This document shows, piece after piece, positions 30,413 through 39,198 of a DNA stretch of 64,000 bases. The notes under the pieces were generated by a model, which saw nothing but the letters and a program-made list of their open reading frames with translations, was not told the origin of the DNA and ran no database searches. The position numbers and the translations under genes are program-made. How positions within the stretch are numbered: position 1 is the first letter of the stretch; the number at the start of each line of letters is the position of its first letter. The stretch is from Chloroflexota bacterium (GTDB lineage Bacteria; Chloroflexota; UBA11872; VXOZ01): contig OY760183.1 in assembly GCA_963663275.1 (NCBI GenBank), positions 2,592,001-2,656,000 of the forward strand. The letters are read 5' to 3'.

Positions 30413-30526
30413 TTAGCGGCTGCCAGGTAGAGATTGCGCGAATCTCCCGCTCCGGAGGGCGTCCGCCGGGAGCAGGCTGCCGCCGCAACGGTTTGGCCGG
30501 CGGCGCTCACTGCCAGGAAACATCCC

Positions 30527-31645
30527 GTGAGCCAACCTGAAATCGAACAACGGATTCGCCAAGTGCTCGCCGAGTTTGAGGCGCACAGCCCGTTCTTTGC
30601 GGGCTATCCGGTGAATCAGGAATTCGACTACACCGATCTCTACCCGTTGTTGCGCTTTCCGGCGAACAACGTCGGCGATCCCTTCGGCTTCTCGCGCTAT
30701 CTGACGAACACGCATGAGACGGAGCGCGAGGTCGTGGGCGAGGTGGCCGAGTTAATGCGCCTGCCCGCGTCTGAGGCCTGGGGCTACGTCACCACCGGCG
30801 GCACGGAAGGCAACATGTACGGCATCTATCTGGGCCGCGAGTTGCTGGGAGATCCTATCGCCTACTTCTCGCAGGATACGCACTATTCCGTGCTGAAGAT
30901 CCTGCACGTGCTGAACATTCGCAACATGATGATCCGCAGCCAGGAGAACGGCGAACTGGACTACGACGACCTGCGCGAGTCGATGCGCATCAATCGCGAT
31001 TCGCCGGCGCTGATCGTGGCGAACATCGGCACCACGATGCGAGGCGCCGTAGACGACCTCGACCGCATCCACGCCATTGCCGCGGAACTGGCCCTGCCGC
31101 GTTACTACGTCCATGCCGACGCGGCGCTGAGCGGGATGATTCTGCCTTTCGTCGACGACCCGCAGCCGTTCGGCTTCGACAGCGGCATCGACAGCATCGC
31201 GATTTCGGGCCATAAGATGATCGGCTCGCCAGTGCCCTGCGGCGTGGTTGTGACGAAGAAGGAGTACCCCTCCCAGGTTGGCCGCGCTATCGAATACGTG
31301 GGCGTACTGGATACCACGCTCCTCGGCTCGCGCAGCGCGTTCACGCCCATGATTATCTGGTATGCGCTGACGAAGCACGGGCGAGAGGGCTATCGCCAGA
31401 TAGTGGCGCAGGCGCTGGACACCGCCGAGTATGCGGTGCGGCAGTTCAACGCCAACGGCATCCCCGCCTGGCGCGCGAAGAATAGTGTCACGGTTGTCTT
31501 TCCGCGCCCTTCACCGTATGTTGTCTACGAGTGGCAACTTGCGCCGCTGGAGGACATCGTGCACTTGATTACCATGCCGCACGTGACCCGGGAGATTGTC
31601 GACAAAGTCATCGCAGATTGTTTGGAGTGGACGTCAGAACAATGA
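30527..31645 (+). CDS. PLP-dependent histidine (or serine) decarboxylase, group II
   Basis: GYPVN, NNVGDPF, WGYVTTGGTEGN, HYSVLK, HADAALSG, SGHKMIGSP. Confidence 0.85.
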   Translation: MSQPEIEQRIRQVLAEFEAHSPFFAGYPVNQEFDYTDLYPLLRFPANNVGDPFGFSRYLTNTHETEREVVGEVAELMRLPASEAWGYVTTGGTEGNMYGIYLGRELLGDPIAYFSQDTHYSVLKILHVLNIRNMMIRSQENGELDYDDLRESMRINRDSPALIVANIGTTMRGAVDDLDRIHAIAAELALPRYYVHADAALSGMILPFVDDPQPFGFDSGIDSIAISGHKMIGSPVPCGVVVTKKEYPSQVGRAIEYVGVLDTTLLGSRSAFTPMIIWYALTKHGREGYRQIVAQALDTAEYAVRQFNANGIPAWRAKNSVTVVFPRPSPYVVYEWQLAPLEDIVHLITMPHVTREIVDKVIADCLEWTSEQ

Positions 31646-32067
31646 ATCAACCCCAAGCCAACGACGCCGCGAGTGACAACCGCATCATCGTGATTGTGCC
31701 GGATGAGCCGGGCTCGCTGGCGCTCGTAACCCAAGCCCTTGCCGAAGCGGACGTCAACATCGAGTCGATCGACGGGCGCCAGATCGGTGAACTCGGCGTG
31801 ATCACGCTGCGCACCAACGACGACGACGCGGCGCTGCTGGCGCTGCTGAAGGCCAACCTGCGCGCCGTCACGTCGGATGCCGTCGTATTTTCCCTGCCGG
31901 ACCGGCCCGGCGCGCTCGCCACGGTGGCGCAGCGCTTCGGCCAACATCAGGTCAACGTGCGCACCATCCACATCCTGCACCGGCTGGCGGAGCACGCCAT
32001 CGTCGCCGTCACCACCGACAACAACGACCTGGCGCGCTCCCTGCTGGACAAAGACTCCCTGCTCTAG
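31642..32067 (+). CDS. Tandem ACT domain protein
   Basis: PDEPGSLA..VNIESI and PDRPGALA..VNVRTI; ATGA overlap with the decarboxylase. Confidence 0.85.
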   Translation: MNQPQANDAASDNRIIVIVPDEPGSLALVTQALAEADVNIESIDGRQIGELGVITLRTNDDDAALLALLKANLRAVTSDAVVFSLPDRPGALATVAQRFGQHQVNVRTIHILHRLAEHAIVAVTTDNNDLARSLLDKDSLL

Positions 32068-32220
32068 CCGGCGTAAGCAGGTTGTGTGTACGGTGGATGG
32101 AGGCGGCGCATCGCCCGCCGCTGCCGTGCCGGCTCTCACTCACCTGGCTGCTGCGCGCGCCGCAATGCACACAATCGCCCATCTGTTTTCGCTGGAATCC
32201 CACGCGCCTTAGGAATCACT

Positions 32221-33189
32221 ATGCCAGCCTCGACTACGCCGCCGATTGCCGGCACGCATCCCCTCAGCCAGGACTGCCGCCAGTTTCTCGATTACTGCGG
32301 CTACCTCAACCGCTCGCCGCAGACGGTGCGCACCTACGAGCAGATGCTCGGCGAACTCGTCGGCTACTGCGAGAAGACGCAGCGCCCGGTGGCCCGCGTG
32401 GAAGACCTGACACTGCCGATTGTCACGGCGTTTCTGGCTTGGAAGCGCACCCACACCGGCGCGTCCACGTTGGCGAAGTACGCTTCGTGCCTGCGCAGCA
32501 TGTTGCGGTACTTCAGCCTGCACGAGGACCGCGCGGTGCTGCCCTACGACAAGGTGCAGTTGCCCAAGTTGCAACGCCACGCGCCGCGCAACGTGCCCAC
32601 CGCCGAGGACATCGTGCGCCTCTTTCGCTCCATCCCGCGGGATTCTCCGCAGGGGAAACGCGACCGCGCGCTGGTGATGCTCTTCTTCTCCACGGGGTTG
32701 CGCTTGGCGGAATTGTGCGCCCTCGATCGCGCCGATCTGCCCCTGGAACGCCTCGGCGTGGACGAACTCCTGCAAATCATCATCAGAGGCAAGGGCGATA
32801 AGGACCGGCCGGTCTTCCTGCAACAGGGCGCGCAACTGGCAGTGCGGGAATACCTTGAGGCGCGGGAGGACGACTACCCGCCGCTCTTCATCCGCTACCG
32901 CCCCGGCATGGCGGCGGAGGCCGACGCCCTAGATGCGGAGAAGCGGCTCTCGCCCCGCATGGTGCGCAGAATCATTACGCAACACGCGCGGCGCTCCGGC
33001 GTGGGACACCTGGCGCCCCACGCGTTGCGGCATGGCTTTGCCGTCGACCTCCTGCGCAACGACGTGAACCTGCGCGTGATTCAAGAGCTTCTCGGCCACT
33101 CCAGCCTCTCCACCACGCAAATCTACACCCACCTCGTCAACCGCGCCCTGGCCGACGCCGTGCGCCACCGGACCGACCCGGTGGGCTAG
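32221..33189 (+). CDS. Tyrosine recombinase (XerC/XerD-like)
   Basis: SPQTVRTY, TGLRLAEL, GKGDKDR, HALRHGFA, LLGH..LSTTQIY: full catalytic set. Confidence 0.9.
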   Translation: MPASTTPPIAGTHPLSQDCRQFLDYCGYLNRSPQTVRTYEQMLGELVGYCEKTQRPVARVEDLTLPIVTAFLAWKRTHTGASTLAKYASCLRSMLRYFSLHEDRAVLPYDKVQLPKLQRHAPRNVPTAEDIVRLFRSIPRDSPQGKRDRALVMLFFSTGLRLAELCALDRADLPLERLGVDELLQIIIRGKGDKDRPVFLQQGAQLAVREYLEAREDDYPPLFIRYRPGMAAEADALDAEKRLSPRMVRRIITQHARRSGVGHLAPHALRHGFAVDLLRNDVNLRVIQELLGHSSLSTTQIYTHLVNRALADAVRHRTDPVG

Positions 33190-33243
33190 CGTGCAACAAA
33201 CACCGCCTCAACAGTTCCAGCGCCCCCACACTCCCCGTAGCGC

Positions 33244-33392
33244 GGCTGACAGGGATAAACCTCTACTTCCGATTCTTCGTGTCATTCCGAGCGGAGCGCA
33301 GCGGAGAGAGGAATCTATGGCTTTCGCTGCAAGAATGTCGGTCCTAGATTCCTCGCTCCGCTCGGAATGACACTTGCCCACCCCTGTCAGCC
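33244..33392. mobile_element. MITE (TIR GGCTGACAGGG) inserted into a GTAG-REP, with 7-bp target duplication
   Basis: 11-bp perfect TIR; GTAGCGC at 33237-33243 and 33393-33399; internal GTCATTCCGAGC...GCTCGGAATGAC palindrome; sibling at 63082-63232. Confidence 0.8.
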
Positions 33393-33487
33393 GTAGCGCG
33401 GGGGCTATTCCCCCGCCTCCATAGCCTCCCGCCACCCGGCCTACTATCGATTTCCACTCCCCGTAGCGCGGGGGCTTGTCCCCCGCC
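33393..33487 (+). repeat. Two GTAG-REP hairpins GTAGCGCGGGGGCT(TG/AT)TCCCCCGC
   Basis: Same family as 7360, 38811, 38884 and 39750-39908. Confidence 0.75.
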
Positions 33488-33613
33488 TCCGTGGCCTGGC
33501 GCCCTCCGGCCTGTTGTCGAATACCCAGAAAGAAAGAGGAACCGGTTCCCAATGGAACCGGCTCCCCTCTTTCATCCTATGCTACGTCACGTCCGTGGAG
33601 AACGCGTTTGCGC

Positions 33614-35044
33614 CTACCCTGCCGACTCTTCCGCCAGGATATTCTCCAGAATAGGCTTCACGTTCTTCAGGCCGTCGGCCGGCGCCACGTTGCCGGATAT
33701 CATCTCACCCCACAGCGGCCGGACCGCTTCTTCCATCATGCGCGGCCATGCCGAGGTGACGAGCACCGGGTCGCCGCCGTTGCCGCCCAGCGGGAGCGAG
33801 TTGATGAAAGCATCCACGCGCACGCCGGGTCGTTCCTCATACAGTTCGCGCAGGAACTTCTCCGCGCCCTCCAGCCGCGCCGGGATGTTGCTGGTAAGCA
33901 GCGCCCAGCGGTCTTCGGGAATGTGGAACTTCACGAACTCCCAGGCCAGATCGGTTGCCTGCGACTGGGTGCCAACCCCGTAGCCCCAGATCTTGAACTC
34001 AGGCAGGGAAACCGCGGCCCTGGGGAATGGCGTGAACGCCCAGTCGATGTCGGTCGTGTCGCGGTATCCGCCAAGCTGCCACGACCCCATCTTGATCACG
34101 CCGGTCTTGCCGAGCGTGAAGTGGGTGAAGCCGCGCTGCGGCTCGCCCAGATTCTCGTTGGCCTGATCGCGCGACGGCCAGGAGCGATCCTGGAGTTGCA
34201 GCGCGATATAGGACTCGTACGCTTCGATGACTTCCGGCGAATCGCAGATGATCGACTGGAAGTCGTCCGAAATCCACGCGCCCTCCCAGAGCATGGGCGT
34301 ATTGGGATAGTAGTTGATGCCGACCCGGTCCAGGCCGTACTGGGTGTACGTGCCGCCGGATTCCTTCGTCAGTTGGAGCATCGTATCGCGGAACTCGTCC
34401 CACGTCCACGAGTCGTCCCAGTCCTCAGAGGGTTCGTCCACACCGGCATCGGTAAACAACTGCCGGTTGTAGAGCAGCGCGATCGCCTCACCGTGATGGT
34501 ACGTGGTCAGGCCGTAGACTTTGCCCTCGAACGAGGAGAACGTCGTGCGGCCGTCCCTGGCGAACTGCGTCATGTCGTAATTGTCGCGCTTGATGAGATC
34601 ATCCAGCGGCTGGACGAGACCGTTGCGCACGTACAAGGGCGGCGCAAGGCACATGAAGCAATCGACCAAGACACCGCCGGCCAACATCGTCGTCAACTCG
34701 ATGCCCTGGCCTACCAGGCTGCCCGGCGCCACCACAAGCTCTACGGTCGCGCCCGGATTGGCCTCGGCGAACGGGTTGAGCATGACGTCTTCCACGTTGC
34801 CCAGGTCGCGCTCCGAGAACCAGGAGTAGTAACGAATCGTCACTTCCTCCGGCGCCGGGGCGGCCTCTTCGGCCTTCGCTTCCGGTTCCGCTTCTTCCTT
34901 GGCTTCCGGCTCAGCCGCCGGCGCCGTGGCAGCCGTGCCGCAGGCCGCCAGGATGCTTACGCCCAAACCGCCAATGCCGATGCCGGCCAGCAATCGCCGC
35001 CGCGTCATTCCGGTCAATGCGCGTTCTTCGTGCTCACTGAGCAT
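33614..35044 (-). CDS. Sugar ABC transporter substrate-binding lipoprotein (Tat signal)
   Basis: TRRRLL twin-arginine motif, LAAC lipobox, YNRQLF..AGV, WTWDEF; start uncertain. Confidence 0.85.
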   Translation of the reverse strand: MLSEHEERALTGMTRRRLLAGIGIGGLGVSILAACGTAATAPAAEPEAKEEAEPEAKAEEAAPAPEEVTIRYYSWFSERDLGNVEDVMLNPFAEANPGATVELVVAPGSLVGQGIELTTMLAGGVLVDCFMCLAPPLYVRNGLVQPLDDLIKRDNYDMTQFARDGRTTFSSFEGKVYGLTTYHHGEAIALLYNRQLFTDAGVDEPSEDWDDSWTWDEFRDTMLQLTKESGGTYTQYGLDRVGINYYPNTPMLWEGAWISDDFQSIICDSPEVIEAYESYIALQLQDRSWPSRDQANENLGEPQRGFTHFTLGKTGVIKMGSWQLGGYRDTTDIDWAFTPFPRAAVSLPEFKIWGYGVGTQSQATDLAWEFVKFHIPEDRWALLTSNIPARLEGAEKFLRELYEERPGVRVDAFINSLPLGGNGGDPVLVTSAWPRMMEEAVRPLWGEMISGNVAPADGLKNVKPILENILAEESAG

Positions 35045-35118
35045 AGTCGCTGCCTCCTTGGCGAGCATACCTTCACTGTTCAAACACCGTGCGCTAACTC
35101 ATAGCGCTCACGTTACAC

Positions 35119-35148
35119 ACTGTACGCAATCATTCCGCGTACCGTCAA
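35119..35148 (-). promoter_or_regulatory. Sigma70-type promoter of the binding protein
   Basis: TTGACG-18 nt-TACAGT on minus. Confidence 0.5.
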
Positions 35149-35201
35149 GTTGAGCCGGTCTCAGGCGTCTTCAAAGGACTTCTCACGGCTGAGCACGCGG
35201 T

Positions 35202-36053
35202 CTATCTGCCGCCCGCGCTCGAGGTGGCCGCCGCGTCTTCGTGCATGGCGATCATGAGACCGGCAAGCGAGATTATGTCGAGCACGTTGTGGTGGAAGAC
35301 GGCGTCGAGACTGGCGAGGTCACCGGTATCGAGATAGTCGTGGTAGAGGCCCGGCACTTCCCGGGACGGCACGTCGCCCTGCCGCTTGAAATCGAGGATG
35401 TGTCTTTCGAGCGTTTGTAGCTGGCAGTTGGGCAATCTGCGCTGCCAGAGCCGCCGCGCGGCGTAGAGCAGGTCGCAATGCAAGAGGCCTTGCAGATCCA
35501 TCGTCACACCATGGGCCTTCATGCGGGCGCGCAGCAGCGGCAGGTCGAACCTGGCGCCGTTGAACGTAGTCATCGTCGGCCACCGGGGCAGCGTCTCGGC
35601 GACGGCGCGCAGCATGGCGGCCTCTTCGTCCGGGCTGCGTATGAAGTGCTGCCGCACGACGAAAGCGTCATCCTCCAGGTACCCCAAGCCCACCAGAAAC
35701 ACATACGTCCCCGGCCCGCCCAGCCCGGTCGTCTCCGTATCCCAAAACACCATCCGCCGCACGTCCGGCGGGCCGCTTTCTGCCCCCTTGCCGCCCGCGC
35801 TGCGGCTCTGCTGCGCCCCGTCCCCGTCCGCGGAACCCTTGTCCCTTTCACGACGATACGAGCCCTGCCGCCGCGCCCCCGCCGTCCGCGTCACCCGCGC
35901 CGCATCGACGTCCAGCGCCTGTCCCAAGGTGTGCTTTCCATGCCGGGAGTCAAGCGCATGCGCCACCTGCCGAACCAGATGCGCACCGTTAGATGACTCT
36001 TGTGTCTCCCACATGTAACGTCTACCGACTTTCGGAATGAGACCCACACCCAA
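35202..36053 (-). CDS. YprB/MrfB-like RNase H-fold (DEDD) exonuclease
   Basis: FWDTETTGL, TFNGARFDLP, HCDLL, HNVLDI; start may be 36014. Confidence 0.85.
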   Translation of the reverse strand: MGVGLIPKVGRRYMWETQESSNGAHLVRQVAHALDSRHGKHTLGQALDVDAARVTRTAGARRQGSYRRERDKGSADGDGAQQSRSAGGKGAESGPPDVRRMVFWDTETTGLGGPGTYVFLVGLGYLEDDAFVVRQHFIRSPDEEAAMLRAVAETLPRWPTMTTFNGARFDLPLLRARMKAHGVTMDLQGLLHCDLLYAARRLWQRRLPNCQLQTLERHILDFKRQGDVPSREVPGLYHDYLDTGDLASLDAVFHHNVLDIISLAGLMIAMHEDAAATSSAGGR

Positions 36054-36071
36054 TTTGCTGCTTTGATAGCC

Positions 36072-38447
36072 TTACAAGGGCCGCCATCCATACGTCTCAG
36101 GATCGAAGCGTTCATCAGGTTCTGCATCCGTTAAAGAAAGAATCTGATTGGCAAGGGCAATGCCGGCCTCCTTTCTTAGTTTGTCAGTTCCACGGAGTAG
36201 TCGTGGTGGCAGAATGCACCATGGGCAGCCGTCTCTGCAGGAACAGTCTTGGGCTATGCGCATACCGGTTTGAAGAACTTTCCTCCAAATGGAGAAACTC
36301 TTCTCTGCAATACCAATCCCTCCAGGGACATTCTCGTAGAAGTAGGACCTTGCAGGATGCTTGGCTGTTGTTCCTGTGTCGATGTCGTGACGGTCACAGG
36401 GAATCAAGAATGGAGCACCGATTCTCAAGAGGTGCTCAAGAACTGGGATCCCTTCATTAGGTTCATCATTCGTTGACAGGTTGGTGTCCTCAATACTCAG
36501 CCACATTCCAAATGACGTATTCTGTTTAGTGTCATTCTGTTGATGTTGTTCAATTACCTTAGTTGTGCGTTCATCGACTAGCTGGTATCCTCCGAAGTTC
36601 TCAAACACAGTCAGCTTGCCATAGTAAACTGAGATTGCCTTGCGGTATCGGTATCCTTTTGCCACATCTGACTCATTGATTACAGTCCAAAAGCTGGGCT
36701 TGGTGTAGTGATGAGGGACTGCGTCCTCTAGCAGCACTTCATCGGCCGTGTAGCCTTTCACACGGTAGGACCGGCCGAGATGGTTGTACACGGCTCCGAT
36801 AAACGCTTCCCTGAAGCGCTGCGTATCGGAAATACTGCCGATTTCGGTTTTACTGTTGTGCATCAGCTTGTAAACAGGACCAGACACACCTCGAATGTCC
36901 AACCTAGGGTAGAATGGCCCGCGTCCCATGAGTGGTTCCCCGTGCTGGGTTTCTGCTTTGGCTGCCTTCCAAAGGTCAGGGCCAATGATCTTCCTGTGGT
37001 GTTTCGGAGGTTTCCAACCTACCTCATAGAGGTAATAGGGTAAGTGTCGGCGGATGAGTTCTTCATTGCGGGTGCTCACAATGATCTCATCTAGCGGTTT
37101 CCTTAGGAAGGCATCGATATTCCTTGCAAAGAACTGGTCTACTGGATTATTCAAAGCGTAGTAGAGTACAAATGCAGTCTTATCCCAACTGCGTCCTGTT
37201 CGTCCGATGCGCTGCCAAGCAGACATCACATTGTCAGGGAATCCAGCTAGAATGCAGGCATCAAGGCGGCCTATGTCGATGCCTATTTCGAGCGCATTTG
37301 TTGAAAACACCACCTTGTAACGACCATCGCGCAGACCCGCCTCAATTTCTCGGCGGTCTTCAGCCTTGTATCCACTTCTGTACGGGCGAATTGCATCCTC
37401 ATTGAGGCCGTACCTAGCAGCTTCACGCCTGGCTCGGCGACAGGCGTCTTCAGCAAACTTCCGTGAGGGGCAGAACACAATGGTAGCCAGGTCTTTGCTC
37501 AAACATGAAACAGCGGCGTTTGCAATTCTTAGCTGATAGATATCATGGTACAAGTGCTCGGGAATGTCTGGGATAATGAAAGCAAAGTGTCGCTTTGGGC
37601 GAAGAGGTCTTCCCTCAGATATTGGCCAAGCTTTGCGTCCTGTCAGGCGTTCAGCGTGCTCCTCAGGGTTAGCGCAGGTCGCACTTGCGAGAAAGAGTTG
37701 TGGATGCACACCTAGCGCGTCCAATTTGGCGAGAAATCTTCTAATCAACAGAGCCATGTTTGACCCAAAATACCCACGATACTCGTGAATCTCGTCTATT
37801 ACGATGTAGCGGAGATTCTTTAGGAATTTCTCTTCCCACTGATGCGCCCAACCCAGGAATGACAAGTGCAGAGTCTCGGGATTTGTAAGCAGAACGGAAG
37901 GCGGTTCTTCCTTAAGCATCGGCCTCCACTCTCTATCGGTGTCGCCGTCGTAGAGCCAAGACTCGACTTTCCTACCACTTGAGACAGCTAGGCTCTCTGC
38001 GAGACTGTTGAACTGCCGGCGCTGGTCGTTAGAAAGCGCCTTCATCGGATGGATCATAAGGGCATGTGCGGTTGGGTCCTCAAGCAGACCAAGGATAATT
38101 GGAATATTGAAACACAAAGTCTTGCCACTTGCCGTGGCAGTGTTGATTACGAGGTCACGCTTCTTTCCCCCTAGGCGCGCGCGATCAATAGCATCTATCT
38201 GGTGTTGATAGAGGTTGGTAACACCGACATTGTGTAGTGCGTCTTGCAAGCCCTTGGGCAAGGTCCGAAACTCTGTTGCTGGAGCGAAAGTTGGTGGTAC
38301 ACTGACGCGAGTCCTAACCTGCACTTGATCTTTCTGTTCGCCTTCAGTGCCAGTTCGGACAGCATCAAATTCCTGAAGAACCCCCAACAAGCCTTCTATC
38401 TCAGAGTCTACCGCTCGTTCCTGCATCTCAGTCACTTCCTGCTGCAA
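36072..38447 (-). CDS. DEAD/DEAH helicase with C-terminal DUF1998 Zn site (MrfA/YprA/Hrq1-like)
   Basis: TASGKT, DEIH, SAT, QRIGRTGR and CSCRDGCPWC; ATG alternative at 38426. Confidence 0.9.
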   Translation of the reverse strand: MQQEVTEMQERAVDSEIEGLLGVLQEFDAVRTGTEGEQKDQVQVRTRVSVPPTFAPATEFRTLPKGLQDALHNVGVTNLYQHQIDAIDRARLGGKKRDLVINTATASGKTLCFNIPIILGLLEDPTAHALMIHPMKALSNDQRRQFNSLAESLAVSSGRKVESWLYDGDTDREWRPMLKEEPPSVLLTNPETLHLSFLGWAHQWEEKFLKNLRYIVIDEIHEYRGYFGSNMALLIRRFLAKLDALGVHPQLFLASATCANPEEHAERLTGRKAWPISEGRPLRPKRHFAFIIPDIPEHLYHDIYQLRIANAAVSCLSKDLATIVFCPSRKFAEDACRRARREAARYGLNEDAIRPYRSGYKAEDRREIEAGLRDGRYKVVFSTNALEIGIDIGRLDACILAGFPDNVMSAWQRIGRTGRSWDKTAFVLYYALNNPVDQFFARNIDAFLRKPLDEIIVSTRNEELIRRHLPYYLYEVGWKPPKHHRKIIGPDLWKAAKAETQHGEPLMGRGPFYPRLDIRGVSGPVYKLMHNSKTEIGSISDTQRFREAFIGAVYNHLGRSYRVKGYTADEVLLEDAVPHHYTKPSFWTVINESDVAKGYRYRKAISVYYGKLTVFENFGGYQLVDERTTKVIEQHQQNDTKQNTSFGMWLSIEDTNLSTNDEPNEGIPVLEHLLRIGAPFLIPCDRHDIDTGTTAKHPARSYFYENVPGGIGIAEKSFSIWRKVLQTGMRIAQDCSCRDGCPWCILPPRLLRGTDKLRKEAGIALANQILSLTDAEPDERFDPETYGWRPL

Positions 38448-38722
38448 CTACACATGGCATCATCCACTACTTCCAATTCGCGTTTCAGTTTCTCATGACT
38501 GATCTACCGTCCCGCCTGAATGTCCGCAACACCCTCCTTGATAGCTTCCTCCTCCGAGGGACTCACCAGTTCCTCATCGAACGGCGCTGACATCAGCCGG
38601 CGATAGAGGGAGTTACTACCGACGTGGCGCAAGTACTCCAAGAAGCGCGCGGCCGCGCGAACCTCACCGGCGGGCAAGGCATCCACCAAGCGGTGCAGCC
38701 ATTCTCTTGAACCTGTAGGCAC
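38432..38722 (-). pseudogene. Small antitoxin-like gene interrupted by an in-frame TAG at 38504-38506
   Basis: LHRLVDALP...RFLEYL...EEAIKEG.ADIQAGR* continues in frame as ISHEKLKRELE, the usual tail of this protein type. Confidence 0.6.
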
Positions 38723-38810
38723 CGCCGTCTTCCTTCCGGTCTCGCTTCCGCTCTTACTCTACCACTCGGCCGCAAGTTAACACAGTTGTTGTATCGCCAA
38801 TCTCCAAGAG

Positions 38811-38906
38811 GCGGGGGACAAGCCCCCGTGCTACAAGCGGCCAGCAATGTCACGCAGGCGCTCTATCGACTATCACCAGAGATGCGGGGGACAAGCCCCC
38901 GCGCTA
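38811..38906 (-). repeat. Two GTAG-REP hairpins
   Basis: GCGGGGGACAAGCCCCCG(T/C)GCTAC twice, about 73 bp apart, with similar flanks. Confidence 0.75.
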
Positions 38907-38987
38907 CAAGAGACCGGCTACGTCACACAGGCGCGCTCTAGCGTTTTGCGCGTCGCGAGCGGGTTCGTTTTCGCCCGGTCTACTTCT

Positions 38988-39194
38988 CTACACCTCAACG
39001 AGCATCGTTGAAGCTTGCGGTTCCGGCAGGGGGATGCCGACTTCTTTCATGCCTTCCAGGTGAAAAGCAATGGCTTCCCGTATGCGCTGCGCGGCTTCTT
39101 CCTGCGTCTTGCCGGTAGCCACGCAGCCCGGCAGGTCGGGCACGTAGGCCGAATAGTTGCCAGGCGTTTTCTCTATCACTACGGCGTATTTCAT
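38988..39194 (-). CDS. hicB: HicB family antitoxin (short form)
   Basis: YSAYVPDLPGCVATGKT..EA...IREAI..HLEG. Confidence 0.88.
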   Translation of the reverse strand: MKYAVVIEKTPGNYSAYVPDLPGCVATGKTQEEAAQRIREAIAFHLEGMKEVGIPLPEPQASTMLVEV

Positions 39195-39198
39195 AGTC

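Noticed and set aside
32221-33189. Prophage or ICE integrase
   Set aside because: Host-like composition, Xer-like size and motifs, and no phage or conjugation genes nearby
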